A DNA stretch of 64,000 nt from Octopus vulgaris (Eukaryota). Every line of letters begins with the position of its first letter. Positions within the stretch are counted from its first letter, which is position 1. Below the pieces are notes generated by a model that did not search any database, was not told where the DNA came from, and saw only the letters and a program-made list of their open reading frames with translations. The stretch is taken from contig OX597824.1 in the NCBI GenBank assembly GCA_951406725.2, positions 20,150,001 through 20,214,000 of the forward strand, read 5' to 3'. The position numbers and the translations under genes were made by a program. Shown here piece by piece: positions 19,232 through 32,721 of this stretch.

Positions 19232-19715
19232 TACGTCAAATACAGAATAGACAACACATCAGAAAGTGATAAGTGCAGAATCTGTGAACAAAAGGGTGAA
19301 ACCGTATGGCGCATTACCAGTCAATGTACGCCACTAGCTTAGAAAGAATATAAGAGACGTCATGACAATATAGCAAGGATTGTCTACTGGACACTTTGCA
19401 ACAAGTATGAACTTTAGAGGGCAAAAATGTGTTGCGAACATAAACCCGAAGGCATCGTCGGAAATGATAATGCAAAGATCCTATGGGATTTTATGATTCA
19501 GTGCGACTATGAGATAGAGAATAGGAAGCCGGACATAGCGTTAATTGAGAATGAAAGCAAACAATGCTGGATCATAGATATAGCATGCCCAGCTGACAAC
19601 AAGGTATACGATAAGGGAGAAAGAAAAGTTGATAGATGACAGGTTAGCTTGGGAGGTTAAGCAACTGTGGTCGCTAAAAAAGCTGGTCGTAGTACCAATA
19701 ATTGTCGCGGCCCGA
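19232..19715 (+). mobile_element. RLE-type LINE fragment: CCHC knuckle and restriction-like endonuclease
   Basis: CRICEQKGETV..SQC..YKRRHDNIA..KILWDF..RKPDI..IIDIACP; a short homologous piece lies at 18532-18593. Confidence 0.9.
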
Positions 19716-19950
19716 TATATATATATATATATATATGGATCCTAATACCTCAAGGTAATTTTTTCATGAACAATCATTAAACTCAAGATACACAACGAAC
19801 TCACAATGTATCGGAGTACTTATTTTTTAATTTTTATACATATTTACTACTATTAATTTTTATACATATTTACTACTATTATTCTTTTGCAAAAAACAAT
19901 GCAAATTTTTTTTCCCCTTTCTCATTTTAAAAAAAACCTTTTCACCTAAC

Positions 19951-19992
19951 TATTCTTGATAAGTCAAACTATGACGAAAACCGGTTTGAATA
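19951..19992 (+). ncRNA. Minimal type-I hammerhead-like ribozyme, U3-A8 core
   Basis: TATTC-TTGATAA-GTCA-aacta-TGAC-GAAA-ACCGGT-TT-GAATA: stems I and II pair perfectly and stem III is palindromic; inside a (TA)n-flanked element 19737-20128. Confidence 0.7.
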
Positions 19993-20128
19993 AATATATA
20001 TTTCTATATTTTTTCATTTTCTCAATTCATTAAAATTTTCTTTCAATCGAGCATTCTGCATTTTTACAATTTTTCATTGCTTATCATTTCTCCACGTGCG
20101 GTCAACACAACCTCACCATTTATTGATC

Positions 20129-20159
<31 letters not shown>

Positions 20160-20339
20160 AGAGAAATGTCGCCTTTTATTTTTCTATAGATTTCAACTAT
20201 ATTTGTGTGTGTGTGTGTCTTTTATCTTTTATTCATCTTAGTCATTGGGCTGTGGCCGGTCTGGGGCACATCTTCGAAAAACACGACCTCAGTAGTCAGT
20301 TTTCTTTTGCTGTTACTTTTTTAAAGTTTGGTTCCTATT

Positions 20340-20797
20340 GTACATACATACATACATACATACATATATACATGCACACACATACATACATACATACATA
20401 CATAAATACACACAATACATACATACATACACACATACATACACACATACATACATACATACATACATACATACATACACATGCATACATATATACATAC
20501 ATACACACATACATATACATACATACATACATACATACACACATACATACACACATACATACATACATATACATACATAAATACACACATACATACATAC
20601 ATACATACATACATACATACATACATACATACATACATACATACATACATACATACATACATACGCACACACATACATACATACATACACACACATACAT
20701 ACATACACATACATACATACATACATACATACATACATACATACATACATACATACATACGTACATACATACATACATACATACATACATACATACA
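20340..20797. repeat. (CATA)n tract
   Basis: Directly visible. Confidence 0.97.
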
Positions 20798-21494
20798 AAT
20801 AGAGGCGACTGACTTTCACACACTTTCCGTCTACCAAATTCTCTCCCTCACGACTTAAAAAAAAGCGGAAGAAATAGCCAACACCCAAACCATTTCAAGA
20901 AGGTATTCATTTGTTAACAGGAATCGCTACCGTTCCACGTAATTCTGCTAAAATTGGTATTTTTGAAAATATTCAATCAAATATGAAGTAAGACCATCAT
21001 AATAACAGCTTTGAAATAAGCTTTTGTGTAAATCCCTATGTTCGTATCCGAAAGTGGTTACTGTTGCTATTTTGTAACTAATGCTGTCGTCTGCATGCTG
21101 TGTTTCGTTGCTAATAGTCCCCAAAGAATAATAACTTTTTCCGTAAGTATAGTTTATACTGAATTGCTTTTTTTTTGTTGATGTTTGTTTTGTATTTATT
21201 TTTCATTATATTGTTTTGTATTTTTTTTTTTTGCAATATTAGTTTTCTGTTAATTGTAGTTGTAGACGCCATTTTACTACATGTATGTCAACAAGCTACG
21301 GAAAATAAATATTTATATTTAAAAAATAAAAACCTTCTCGTTTTCCCCGGGGGCAATTGAGGCAACCGTCCAAATAGTCCTGAACTCCTTATTTGTAAAC
21401 ACTCCAAAAACGAAACGGTTCTATAAAATTAAACGCAGTACATTCCAAAAAACTGCCTACAGCGGTCGAAACACGTCCGCTGCATGCAAAAGCA

Positions 21495-22243
<749 letters not shown>

Positions 22244-22476
22244 TAATTCTTTTTATTGGCCACAAGGGCTGACAAACATGATTGGAAAACATAAAGGGAC
22301 AAAACAGGATGAAAGGTTACAAAGGGTTTTGCCCGTTTGTGAAAAAACGTGTAAAAACAGTGTAGCAATCAAATAATATAACAACGAAAAACTCCCAATA
22401 GAGGAAGGCGTTGCGAAAGGTTACTGGTGGAAAAACTCATGAAAGCCAACGGGAGCCTGGTCAAAGGGGGTAAAGT
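22244..22476 (-). mobile_element. Probable LINE 3' UTR sharing its terminus with SINE C
   Basis: Ends GCCCTTGTGGCCAATAAAAGAA followed by (TTA)n. Confidence 0.5.
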
Positions 22477-22477
22477 A

Positions 22478-22557
<80 letters not shown>

Positions 22558-22596
22558 CGCAAACAACTTAAGGAAAATATATTTGGGGAGAATGTG

Positions 22597-22770
22597 TCAT
22601 TATTAGCGCTGTGGAACTTGGAACTCGTCAGAGAGTGGCATCAAAATCAAAATGGTGACAGAACGTTTCAAGTTGGTTCATTTATATAGAAAATCGGAAG
22701 CATTTTTTTGTTGTTGTTTTAGAAGGGGCGAATATTGCTTTTCTTTTTGTTGTTTTTTGGGGATTTGAGA
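22597..22770 (-). mobile_element. Diverged family H element (hammerhead core CTGACGA)
   Basis: Aligns with 23475-23650. Confidence 0.75.
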
Positions 22771-22779
22771 ACTGAGAAA

Positions 22780-23020
22780 CACATGGTACAATCAGCGAGT
22801 CGAAAGAGTACTGGAGTCGGAGGAATTTAAGATGTGGGACTTTCCTGACCGGACATTACAGTTATAGATAAGAGAAAACGAAGCTTCTTACTGATCGACC
22901 CATCATATGCGTTTGATTCCAGGATCGTAAACAAAGAGGAAGAAAAAACAAAAATACAATCCCTTAAAGTTTGAAACAGGAAGAATTTAGAGCATACGAA
23001 CAGTAAAGGATGTTCAAATT
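22780..23020 (+). mobile_element. RLE-type LINE endonuclease fragment
   Basis: WYNQRVERVLE..WDF..PDITVIDK..LLIDP..DSRIVNKEEEK..KY. Confidence 0.75.
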
Positions 23021-23070
23021 TGAGCACCAAATCGGAGTACCAAGGGATTTGAATCAATATGTATCTATCA

Positions 23071-23131
<61 letters not shown>

Positions 23132-23315
23132 TACAAAATTAGAAAATGGAGAAACATACTTAAATCAATCAAACATCAACCAACAGATGATACCCAATCA
23201 ATACTTTATTACACCATTACATAACAGTAAAGGCATTATACAAAATATATTGTAAATATAATTAGACAAGGAAATAGAAATATAAAATATAAAATATAAT
23301 ATGTAATTATATCAT

Positions 23316-23362
23316 ATCTGACAGCTGTTTCGGCAGTAAGGGCAAGCATGCCTCATTTAACC
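23316..23362 (-). ncRNA. Degenerate hammerhead-like motif
   Basis: TAAATGA-GGCA..TGCC-GAAA-CAGCTG-TC; 5' core damaged; in a (TA)n-flanked insert 23131-23370. Confidence 0.5.
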
Positions 23363-23367
23363 TATAA

Positions 23368-23451
<84 letters not shown>

Positions 23452-23755
23452 GGCAGTCAGAATTTTGGATCCTCCATTATTAGCGCTGACGTTCGTTTAC
23501 GAACTCGTCAAGACTAAGATCAAAATCAAAATGGTAAAAACAGAACGTTTCGTTGTTCATTTATATGAATCGGGTATTTTTTTGTTGTTGTTTAGAAGGG
23601 GCGAATATTGCTTTTCTTTTTGTTTTGTTTTTTGGGGGTGGGATTGAGAGAGAGAAAGCGGTGGGAGGATAGAAAGAGAGAGGTTTCAAGACAATCAAGA
23701 AAGAGGAGAAAAAATAATAATAAAGGCTGGGTAAAGGATAGATAGAGAGACAGAC

Positions 23756-23788
<33 letters not shown>

Positions 23789-23801
23789 CAGACAGATAGA
23801 C

Positions 23802-23877
<76 letters not shown>

Positions 23878-24369
23878 GGATAGATAGAAATAAAGAGAGG
23901 GAGAGAGAGAGAGAGAGAAAGGTATCTTTTCAATTTGGTATGGTCAATTCATTGAAATTTCATTTCAAAGTATTTTTTCTTCGTCTTTTCTCCTTTCTTT
24001 CTTTTTTTCTTTTTCCATTGTCTACCTGTCAAATACATTTTCTGATAAGGGCGGGTGACCTTTCAAATGTGTCAATTTTAGGAAGGATGATGGAAGAAAT
24101 AAGAAAAGTGGGGGACGGTGTGGTCATTACTGAAAAATAAAAATTGGGTTCGAAATTCAAAGTCCTATGAAAATGTTTTATTCCTTTACACTTTATATCC
24201 AAGTCCCACATTTTGTGTAATTCTATGTTTTGCATGAACAAGCATTAAATATTTGTACAATATTCATAAATTCGGATAATAAAGTCAGAATCAGGAATTA
24301 CTTTACCAAGTAGCTACATTAGATATCTTTCCTAAGAAATAGTTCAAGAATTAATAAATCTCTGAACGG

Positions 24370-24787
24370 AGGCGCAGGAGTGGCTGTGTGGTAAGTAGCT
24401 TGCTACCCAACCACATGGTTCCGGGTTCAGTCCCACTGCGTGGCATCTTGGGCAAGTGTCTTCTGCTATAGCCCCGGGCCGACCAATGCCTTGTGATTTG
24501 GTAGACGGAAACTGAAAGAAGCCTGTCGTATATATGTATATGTATATATGTATGTGTGTGTATGTGTTTGTGTGTCTGTGTTTGTCTCCCTAGCATTGCT
24601 TGACAATCGATGCTGGTGTGTTTACGTCCCTGTCACTTAGCGGTTCGGCAAAAGAGACCGATAGAATAAGTACTGGGCTTACAAAGAATAAGTCCCGGGG
24701 TCGATTTGTTCGACCAAAGGCGGTGCTCCAGCTTGGCCGCAGTCAAATGACTGAAACAAGTAAAAGAGTAAAGAGTAAAAGAGAGAG
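24370..24787 (+). mobile_element. SINE family A, full length
   Basis: Matches family consensus. Confidence 0.93.
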
Positions 24788-25264
24788 GTAGAAACAGTAG
24801 CTGCACGACAATGTGAAGTATATTTGCCACTTAAATGTGGCTAACTCTTACGGGTGGATGCTACTGTAGCTTGTAACCCCAGGAGAACATCCTCTCCAGC
24901 TGGCTATTGACACACTTTCTGTGCCCTATCAGTATTTGCAAAGGGAAGCCATCCTTCCTCTCGTCGTCGACCTAACGTGATACGTATTCTTTCTCAGGTT
25001 CAAGTATTCTTTCTGAGGTATTGCAAGTTCTAAGAGAACAACAGTTGTCAAAATCCGAACAGGGTGTTGTTTCTGAATGTGGCTCCAATGTTAATAACGT
25101 GATACTCATCTCTATAAATACTGCATACTGGATGGTTTCTGTACTGAAGCTCCTAGGAGCTTGTTCACAGGTCCTTTTCCCCTAGTACAATTAATTTGTC
25201 ATGTGTGGTACAACACTTCGACGGATGTAGCTAATAGTAACAGACAGGGTCAAATTTGCAGGAA

Positions 25265-25470
25265 GCTCCCTCCAGTATGCGTCAAACCTGTTCTTGAAGG
25301 CATTGACTGATGGAGCTGCGACCACACTGTTTGGCAGACTGTTCCAGGTGGCGGTCACACGCTGTACGAAAAAGCAGTTTCTAATGTTGAGCCTGCAGTG
25401 TGATCTTTCCAATTTCAGGCTGTGTCCTGTCGTATTTCTGCCTTGGAAGTAGATGAATTGGGGGCAGTTG
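25265..25470 (-). mobile_element. CR1-like LINE ORF2 C-terminus
   Basis: TTGHSLKL..RLNIRNCFFVQRVTATWNSLPNSVVAAPSVNAFKNRFD. Confidence 0.88.
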
Positions 25471-26013
25471 GTCAGGTACAGGCTGTGCGTATATAACATT
25501 TGGATTTTAACAACTGGTGTTCTTATAGAACTTACAGAACCTGAGAAATAGTACTTGAACCATTTTTTAGGAAATATATTTCATGTAGCTACTTGGTAAA
25601 GTAATTTGTGATTCTGACTTTATTTTCCTAATTTATGATTATTGTACAAATATCTAATGTTTGTTCATGCAAAACACAGAATTACACAGAATGTGAAACT
25701 TGGCTGTACAGTGTTAAGGAATATACATTTTCATAGGACTTTGAACTTTGAACTCTTTTTCATTTTTCAGTGGTGATCGTACCTTCCCCGCTTTTCTTAT
25801 TTCTTCCATTTTATTTCCTAAAATTGACACCTTTGAGAAAATGTGTTTATTTACAAATATGTTGATAGGTATACAATGGGAAAAGAAAAAAAGAAAGAAG
25901 GGAGAAAAAGGGAAAAAGAAAAATACTTTGAAATGAAATTTCAATGAATTGACAGCACCAAACTGAAAAGAGGCCTTTCTCTCTTTCTCTTTCTCTGTCT
26001 CTTTCTCTCCCTC

Positions 26014-26084
<71 letters not shown>

Positions 26085-26189
26085 GTCTGTCTGTCTGTCT
26101 GTCTGTCTGCCTCTATCTACCTATCCTTTCCCCATCCTTTATTATATATTTTCTCCTCTTTCTTGATTGTCCTGAAACATCTCTCCCTC

Positions 26190-26246
<57 letters not shown>

Positions 26247-26409
26247 TCCCCTCCCCACGCTGTGCCTTTCTTTCTCTCTCTCTCTCTCTCTCCCTTTTTT
26301 TCTAAACAAACAAAACCAATATTCTCCCTTTCTAAACAACAACAAAAAAACATCCGATTCATATAAATGAACAATGAAACGTTCTGTTTTTACCATTTTG
26401 ATTTTGATC

Positions 26410-26450
26410 TTAGTCTTGACGAGTTCGTAAACGAACGAAAGCGCTAATAA
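26410..26450 (+). ncRNA. Hammerhead-like motif, family H
   Basis: TTGACGA-GTTCG-taaa-CGAAC-GAAA-GCGC-TA; stem I weak. Confidence 0.65.
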
Positions 26451-26588
26451 TGGAGCATCCAAAATTCTGACTGCCTCCTTTTTCTCAATATACAATATCT
26501 ACATTATCTGTATACCACTTCAAACACTCCATACATACATACATACATACATACATACATACATACATACATACATACATACATACAT

Positions 26589-26647
<59 letters not shown>

Positions 26648-26648
<1 letters not shown>

Positions 26649-27178
26649 TATTTTTTCTATTTTATTTTATTTTATCTAGTTTCAGCTCACAAGCTGTGGC
26701 CATGCTGGGGCACTGCCATTTGGTGTTGCTACATGATTTTACTTCACGAATGCTTTTTAGCAATTGCCATTTGGTGCATGAGGGAGTTCGATGCAACTGA
26801 CCTCATCTGCACCTCCTATCGTGAAGTTGGTTCATCTGGGACACCTGACAAGAAGAGATCCAGTTTTATTTTAAAGACATCTGCATCCACCCCATGCAGG
26901 TCTCTTAGGTTCTTCGGGAGGATATTGAAGAGCTGTGGGCCTCTGAAGCCCAGGCTATCACAGTATCTTGTCCTACATCTTGATGGCAAATTTGGAGTCC
27001 TTGGCACTATGCAGTGGCGCCCAGTTCTAGCATTTGTGTAACTCTCGATGCCAAAGTTTCAATGATCTTCCAGATGTATATTATGGCATATCTTTCTCGC
27101 TTACGCTCTAAGGAATAGAGTCTTAATCTCTTGAGTCTTTCCCAGTAGCTTATATGCTGCACAGAGGCTATCTTCTTC
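26648..27178 (-). mobile_element. CR1-like LINE 3' end with 3' UTR
   Basis: SYWERLKRLRLYSLERKRERY..GPQLFNILPKNLR..FKIKLDLFLSGVPDEP; tail CCCCAGCATGGCCACAGC..CTGAAACTAGAT(AAAAT)n. Confidence 0.9.
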
Positions 27179-27224
27179 TATATATATATATATATATATA
27201 CATATATTGCCAAACTAACGTGGC

Positions 27225-27255
<31 letters not shown>

Positions 27256-27257
<2 letters not shown>

Positions 27258-27536
27258 GAAAAAGTCAAGGTAGAAAATGCTAAAATGATTTTATAGAAAA
27301 CATTTCAGTACCGGTTTCAGTTATTGAGACTTCTTCAACTGTAACAATTAAACAATTAAATTTTGGAAAAATTAAATGAAAAGTTTTTAAAAAAATATTT
27401 GCATAGTATTCAAATACAAGGGGCAATACAAGGAAAATGCCCCTTGTATTTGAATCTTTTCCAAAATTTAATTGTTTTCTATACTTACAGTTGAAAAAGT
27501 CATGTTTTTTATAAAATTATTTTAGCATTTTCTACC
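27256..27536. mobile_element. Family F fold-back element with hammerhead-like motif (minus, 27305-27344)
   Basis: CAG-TTGAAGA-AGT..ACT-GAAA-CCGG-TA-CTG; inverted, deleted second arm; solo homolog at 51527-51720. Confidence 0.75.
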
Positions 27537-28282
27537 GCGGTCAATCACGGAACCTCACAGATTCTGAATTAATCTAATCACCAAAGTTTCGAGCCCTCGT
27601 CCAGCAGTTGTTTTCCACTCTACAGGTGCATGCTCAGAGTAGAGCCATTCCTCCCAACCATTTTTGCAACAATCACACATCTTTTCACATTTTCATTGTG
27701 AAGTAGCACTTCCCTCTCCGACGTCACTTCCTTTTCCAAATGGAACTTAAAAACGTCTATGAGGGCTTGACCGCCGAGAAAGGTGTCTTAGACAAATTTC
27801 GCCTCTGCTGATATAGAAAATTAACAATTTACTTCGTGTTGCACACAGCTGGCAGGCTGAGTAAAATTTCGCAATTAGTGACGAAAGAAATATTGATTCA
27901 TAATACAAGCATGCGGTTGATAGTGGATGCTTACTGCTGATGACGTGCAAAGACACAAAAATCATGATTTAGCAATTTCCCCGCCGCTGCTGAACGCCTT
28001 TCGTCTGTTACTGGTACACGAATGAGCTGTTTGGCTTTAAACGGTTATACAAGCTTTCAGAAGACAAATAATGCCGTTTTGAAGATTTTCGATAGAACAT
28101 CCACGCTTAGTTAGATATACAGAATGCTATTCTTAACTATTGCTTTTCAAGCGGTTGTGGTATCTCTGAATTATTGATCTTTTAAACCAATTTTCTTTTC
28201 CTACGCCAACGTAGTACATTGTCGTTGATTTCAAAGATATTAATACGTTCATCATTATGTCAGCGAGTGCAACAGAAGGTTA

Positions 28283-28327
28283 CCTGCCACTGAAGAGATC
28301 ACAATAATACCGAAACATGTTCAGAGG
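28283..28327 (+). ncRNA. Degenerate hammerhead-like motif
   Basis: CTGAAGA-G..C-GAAA-CATG-TT; stems I and II poorly paired. Confidence 0.4.
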
Positions 28328-28790
28328 TTATCCTTTCTGCATTTATATTAGCAGCGGGTACAAGAATAGTACTGTACTAGATTTCATCGATCATATTTCG
28401 ATAACATAAGTTGAATACTTTTCTCAAACAAAACAAATCACTTAGTTGAATAATAAAGAAGCATCCGATAAATTTTGCAACAACAACAGCAACAAATCGA
28501 CGTGCCTAATTCACGGAACGGCGGATTTCGCAAAACAATAACATGGGAAGCACGCTCTTGAAGTTTCGAATTAAATGCTTCATACTAGATTCCATTTTTG
28601 CAGGATTATTTATACCACAATGGTGGTCTTTCAATTATGGAATTTAAAGCAAACAAACTGACAGACATAAAAAAATAAAACCTCGCTGTATTACCTACTG
28701 AATTAAACTTTAAAATGTATGGCTAGCATCAACCATTAGAATAGCCAACTTTTAGACTTTTTTTTTCTTGAGTTTGTAATATTTTAAATA

Positions 28791-29177
28791 GTGGAGGCGC
28801 AATGGCCCAGTGGTTAGGGCAGCAGACTCGAGGTCATAGGATCGCGGTTTCGATTCCCAGACCGGGCGTTGTGAGTGTTTATTGAGCGAAAACACCTAAA
28901 AGCTCCACGAGGCTCCGGCAGGGGATGGTGGTGATCCCTGCTGTACTCTTTCACCACAGCTTTCTCTCACTCTTACTTCCTGTTTCTGTTGTACCTGTAT
29001 TTCAAAGGGCCGGCCTTGTCACTCTCTGTGTCACGCTGAATATCCCCGAGAACTACGTTATGGGTACACGTGTCTGTGGAGTGCTCAGCCCCTTACACGT
29101 TAATTTCACGAGCAGGCTGTTCCGTTGATTCGGATCAACCGGAACCCTCATCGTCGTAACCGACGGAATGCTTCCAC
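28791..29177 (+). mobile_element. SINE family B, full length
   Basis: Head and long tail present. Confidence 0.93.
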
Positions 29178-29428
29178 ATTGTTACGAAGCCAAGCTATAC
29201 ACTCTGTCTTTTTCTTCTTTTACTTGTTACAATCATTGCGCTGCAATCATACTTCGGCACCGCCAGATCGATCCCTGTACGTTCTTTATTGGTTTTTTTT
29301 TTTCAGTCTGGTACTTAGTTTATCGGTCGCTTTTCACGAACTGCTAGGATACGAAGGTATAAATAAACCAACACTAACTGTCAAATGTGGAGGACGGACA
29401 AGCACAGACTCAAACACACGCACACAGA

Positions 29429-29517
<89 letters not shown>

Positions 29518-29519
<2 letters not shown>

Positions 29520-29906
29520 CGCAGGAGTGGCTGTGTGGTAAGTAGCTTGTTTACCAGCCACATGGTTCCGGGTTCAGTCCCACTGCGTGGCACCTTGGGC
29601 AAGTGTCTTCTACTATAGCCTCGGGCCGACCAAAGCCTTGGTAGGCGGAAACTGAAAGAAGCCCGTCGTATATATGTATATATATATATGCGTGTGTGTG
29701 TGTTTGTGTGAGTGTGTTTGTCCCCCTAGCATTGCTTGACAACCGATGCTGGTGTGTTTATGTCCCCGTTATTTAGCGGTTCGGCAAAAGAGACCGATAG
29801 AATAAGTACTGGGCTTACAAAAGAACAAGTCTCGGGGTCAAGTTGTTCGATTAAAGGCGGTGCTCCAGCATGGCCGCAGTCAAATGACTGAAACAAGTAA
29901 AAGAGT
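29518..29906 (+). mobile_element. SINE family A (old inverted A fragment precedes it at 29205-29425)
   Basis: Matches family consensus with a small internal deletion. Confidence 0.92.
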
Positions 29907-30050
29907 ATATATATATATATATAGCCAACGATTCTAGTCAACGCACAAGACAGACATTATGCTCCCCCCACAAAACACCCCCACATTGACTCTGTTGAGA
30001 CTAGTAAGAATCAATTATGAACTTTTTTATTACACTTAACATTTAAAAAT

Positions 30051-30098
30051 ATTTTTGATAAGATTCGTTTTTTCAAGAAGAACCGAAACATGTAAAAT
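30051..30098 (+). ncRNA. Hammerhead-like motif, U3-A8 core
   Basis: ATTT-TTGATAA-GATTC..GAACC-GAAA-CATG-TA-AAAT in a (TA)n-flanked insert 29924-30190. Confidence 0.62.
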
Positions 30099-30263
30099 CT
30101 CTAAGAAAATTAAAATTTATCTTATATAGTGGCATTTTCAAACTTCCGTTTTATAAATATATACCCACACGTATTTCACCTATACTTTTTATAAATATAT
30201 ATATATATATATGCCTTGTGAGTAAATTTGGTAAACAGAAATTGAGTGGAAGACTGTTGTATG

Positions 30264-30355
<92 letters not shown>

Positions 30356-30479
30356 ACACAGTTTCTACCAACCGAATTTATTCCCAAGGCATAAGTCGCC
30401 CCGGGCTACAGCAGAAGGGCTATACCACGAGGCTGCAAAATGAGCTTCTTAAATCACACCCATAATAATAATTATGATG

Positions 30480-30522
<43 letters not shown>

Positions 30523-31030
30523 GTACTGGAGTAATGATTTGTTTGATTAAAACCTTTGAAATCGGTGCTCCAGCATGACCGCAGTCAAATGTCTGAAACC
30601 AAATGAAAAATGAAAAATGTTTTGACTAAAATAGATATTCACGAAGAATTTTGCCATTGGCTGAGAGTGTGAAGCAGAAGAGAATGAAATTGTTCTGCAT
30701 TTTTGGTGATACTGAAAAAAAAAGAGAGAAAAAAAAAAAGAATTTAAAACGAAAGAGTTGTTACACTAAAAAATTGTTTTTCAGCGTCAAGGAGTAAGAA
30801 GTGTTGGTCACACCTGGATTCTTGTTACTCGGTATATCGTGAATGATCGAGTAAATAAACCAGGTGATTCGACTAAAGCGGGATGGAGAAAATAAAAACA
30901 AAGCAAATAGATACGTCAATCATTTTTGAAACTTTAATGGAAAACTGTTATGTCTGATGGACGTGGAAACAAGAAAGAAAAAGAAGAATTTAAATACAAG
31001 TCTGTCGTATAATTTACTTCTTTCTTCCGT

Positions 31031-31114
<84 letters not shown>

Positions 31115-31454
31115 TACAGACATATAAATGGTTTTCTTTTAAGATTGTCTCAAATGCAAATCTTTATTGATTCCAAAGAATTTTTTTTTTAAATATCAAA
31201 ATAATTGTTTAGCTTTTTTCTTCTTTATATAAGAACCTGATTTTTGAGAAAGAAACGAAGAAACCTCTAATTTTCCTTTAATGAGTAACAGCAAAGAATG
31301 AGGTTTTTTTTTTATATTTTCTTTTTCACAGGTAATATCTTGAATAGCGGTCATTTGTGGTTTTGCTCCTGTTCTACGGCTGACCAGAGAATAGAAACTT
31401 ATCTCATATACAAAAAGAAATGTTATGATACACATTTTTTTTTTCTAGATTTTA

Positions 31455-31897
31455 TTAGCATGCCGGACAGAATGCTTACGGGATTTCTTCCGGCTCTTTA
31501 CGTCCCGAGTTCAAATTCCACCGAGGTCGACTTTGCCTTTCATCCGTTTCGGAGTCGATAAATTAAGTACCTATTTCTTTACTACCCACAAGGGGCTAAA
31601 CATAGAGGGGACAAACAAGGACAGACATAGGTATTAAGTCGATTACATCGACCCCAGTGCGAAAGTGGTACTTAATTAATCGACCCCGAAAAGATGAAAG
31701 GTAAAGTCGACCTCGGCGGAATTTGAACTCAGAACGTAGCGGCAGACGAAATACCGCTAAGCATTTCGCCCGGGGTGCTAACGGTTCTGCCAGCTCGCCG
31801 CCTTCGATAAATTAAGTACCAGTTGAGCCCTGGGGTCAATGATATCGACTTATCTCACCTCTCTTGAAATTGTTGGCCTTGTGCCAAAATTTGAAAT
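31455..31897 (+). mobile_element. Older SINE C interrupted by an inverted young SINE C
   Basis: Host segments 31455-31571 and 31804-31897. Confidence 0.85.
31572..31803 (-). mobile_element. SINE family C, full length, with 17-bp TSD
   Basis: TCGATAAATTAAGTACC at 31555-31571 and 31804-31820. Confidence 0.95.
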
Positions 31898-31956
31898 CAT
31901 CGTCATCATCATCATCATCGTTGTTGTTGTTGTTGTTGTTATTATTAATGATGATG

Positions 31957-31989
<33 letters not shown>

Positions 31990-32130
31990 TAACTGTTCTT
32001 GTTATTGTAGGTGACCAAGGTATAAGAAAAGGATGTTATCTAGAAACATCTAGATAATATCCCAGGAGAACCATGTCTCACAGCAATCCAAAAGATTGCG
32101 CAGACTAGTCAACATCCTTAGAAAAACCCT
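31990..32130 (+). mobile_element. RLE-type LINE C-terminal fragment
   Basis: TVLVIVG..KHLDNIPG..IQKIA..ILRKTL. Confidence 0.6.
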
Positions 32131-32278
32131 GTGGTAAGTAGCATGCTTACCAACCACATGGTTCCGGATTCAGTCCCACTGCGTGGCATCTTGGGCAAGT
32201 GTCTTCTGCTATAGCCCCGGGCCGACCAATGCCTTGTGAGTGGATTTGGTCGACGGAAACTGAAAGAAGCCTGTCGTA

Positions 32279-32327
<49 letters not shown>

Positions 32328-32545
32328 TTGTGTGTTTGTGTTTGTCCCCCTAGCATTGCTTGACAACCAATGCAGGTGTGTTTACGTCCCCGTAACGTAG
32401 CGGTTCGGCAAAAGAGACCTATAGAATAAGCACTGGGCTTACAAAGAATAAGTCCCGGGGTTGATTTGGTCGACTAAAGGCGGTGCTCCAGCATGGCCGC
32501 AGTCAAATGACTGAAACAAGTAAAAGTAAAAGTAAGTAAAGTAAT
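32130..32545 (+). mobile_element. SINE family A, slightly 5'-truncated
   Basis: Matches family consensus. Confidence 0.92.
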
Positions 32546-32721
32546 TTAAATGTCTGTGTTGTGTTTCATGAAGATATTATTTCGTAACTGCCCCTGTCAC
32601 TTCCCTTCCCAAAGCTCTCAGTCAAGCTGTAACATCTCTTATCCTTCACTCGCCCTTGGATGCTGGGTGTGTCTCGGCAAGTGACTGTAACAAACATGCA
32701 GATTAAAGGTAAGTAATGATA

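Larger units (their letters stand above)
23443..26483. mobile_element. Family H fold-back (inverted pseudo-LTR-like) structure with ~950-bp arms
   Basis: 23443-24348 plus 24998-25060 is the reverse complement of 25497-26483; later insertions lie in the left arm and spacer. Confidence 0.88.

Noticed and set aside
30775-31340. Plus-strand splice-like signals (9-nt CGTCAAGGA; AG|GT at 31331)
   Set aside because: Such motifs are expected by chance in T-rich DNA; no supporting evidence
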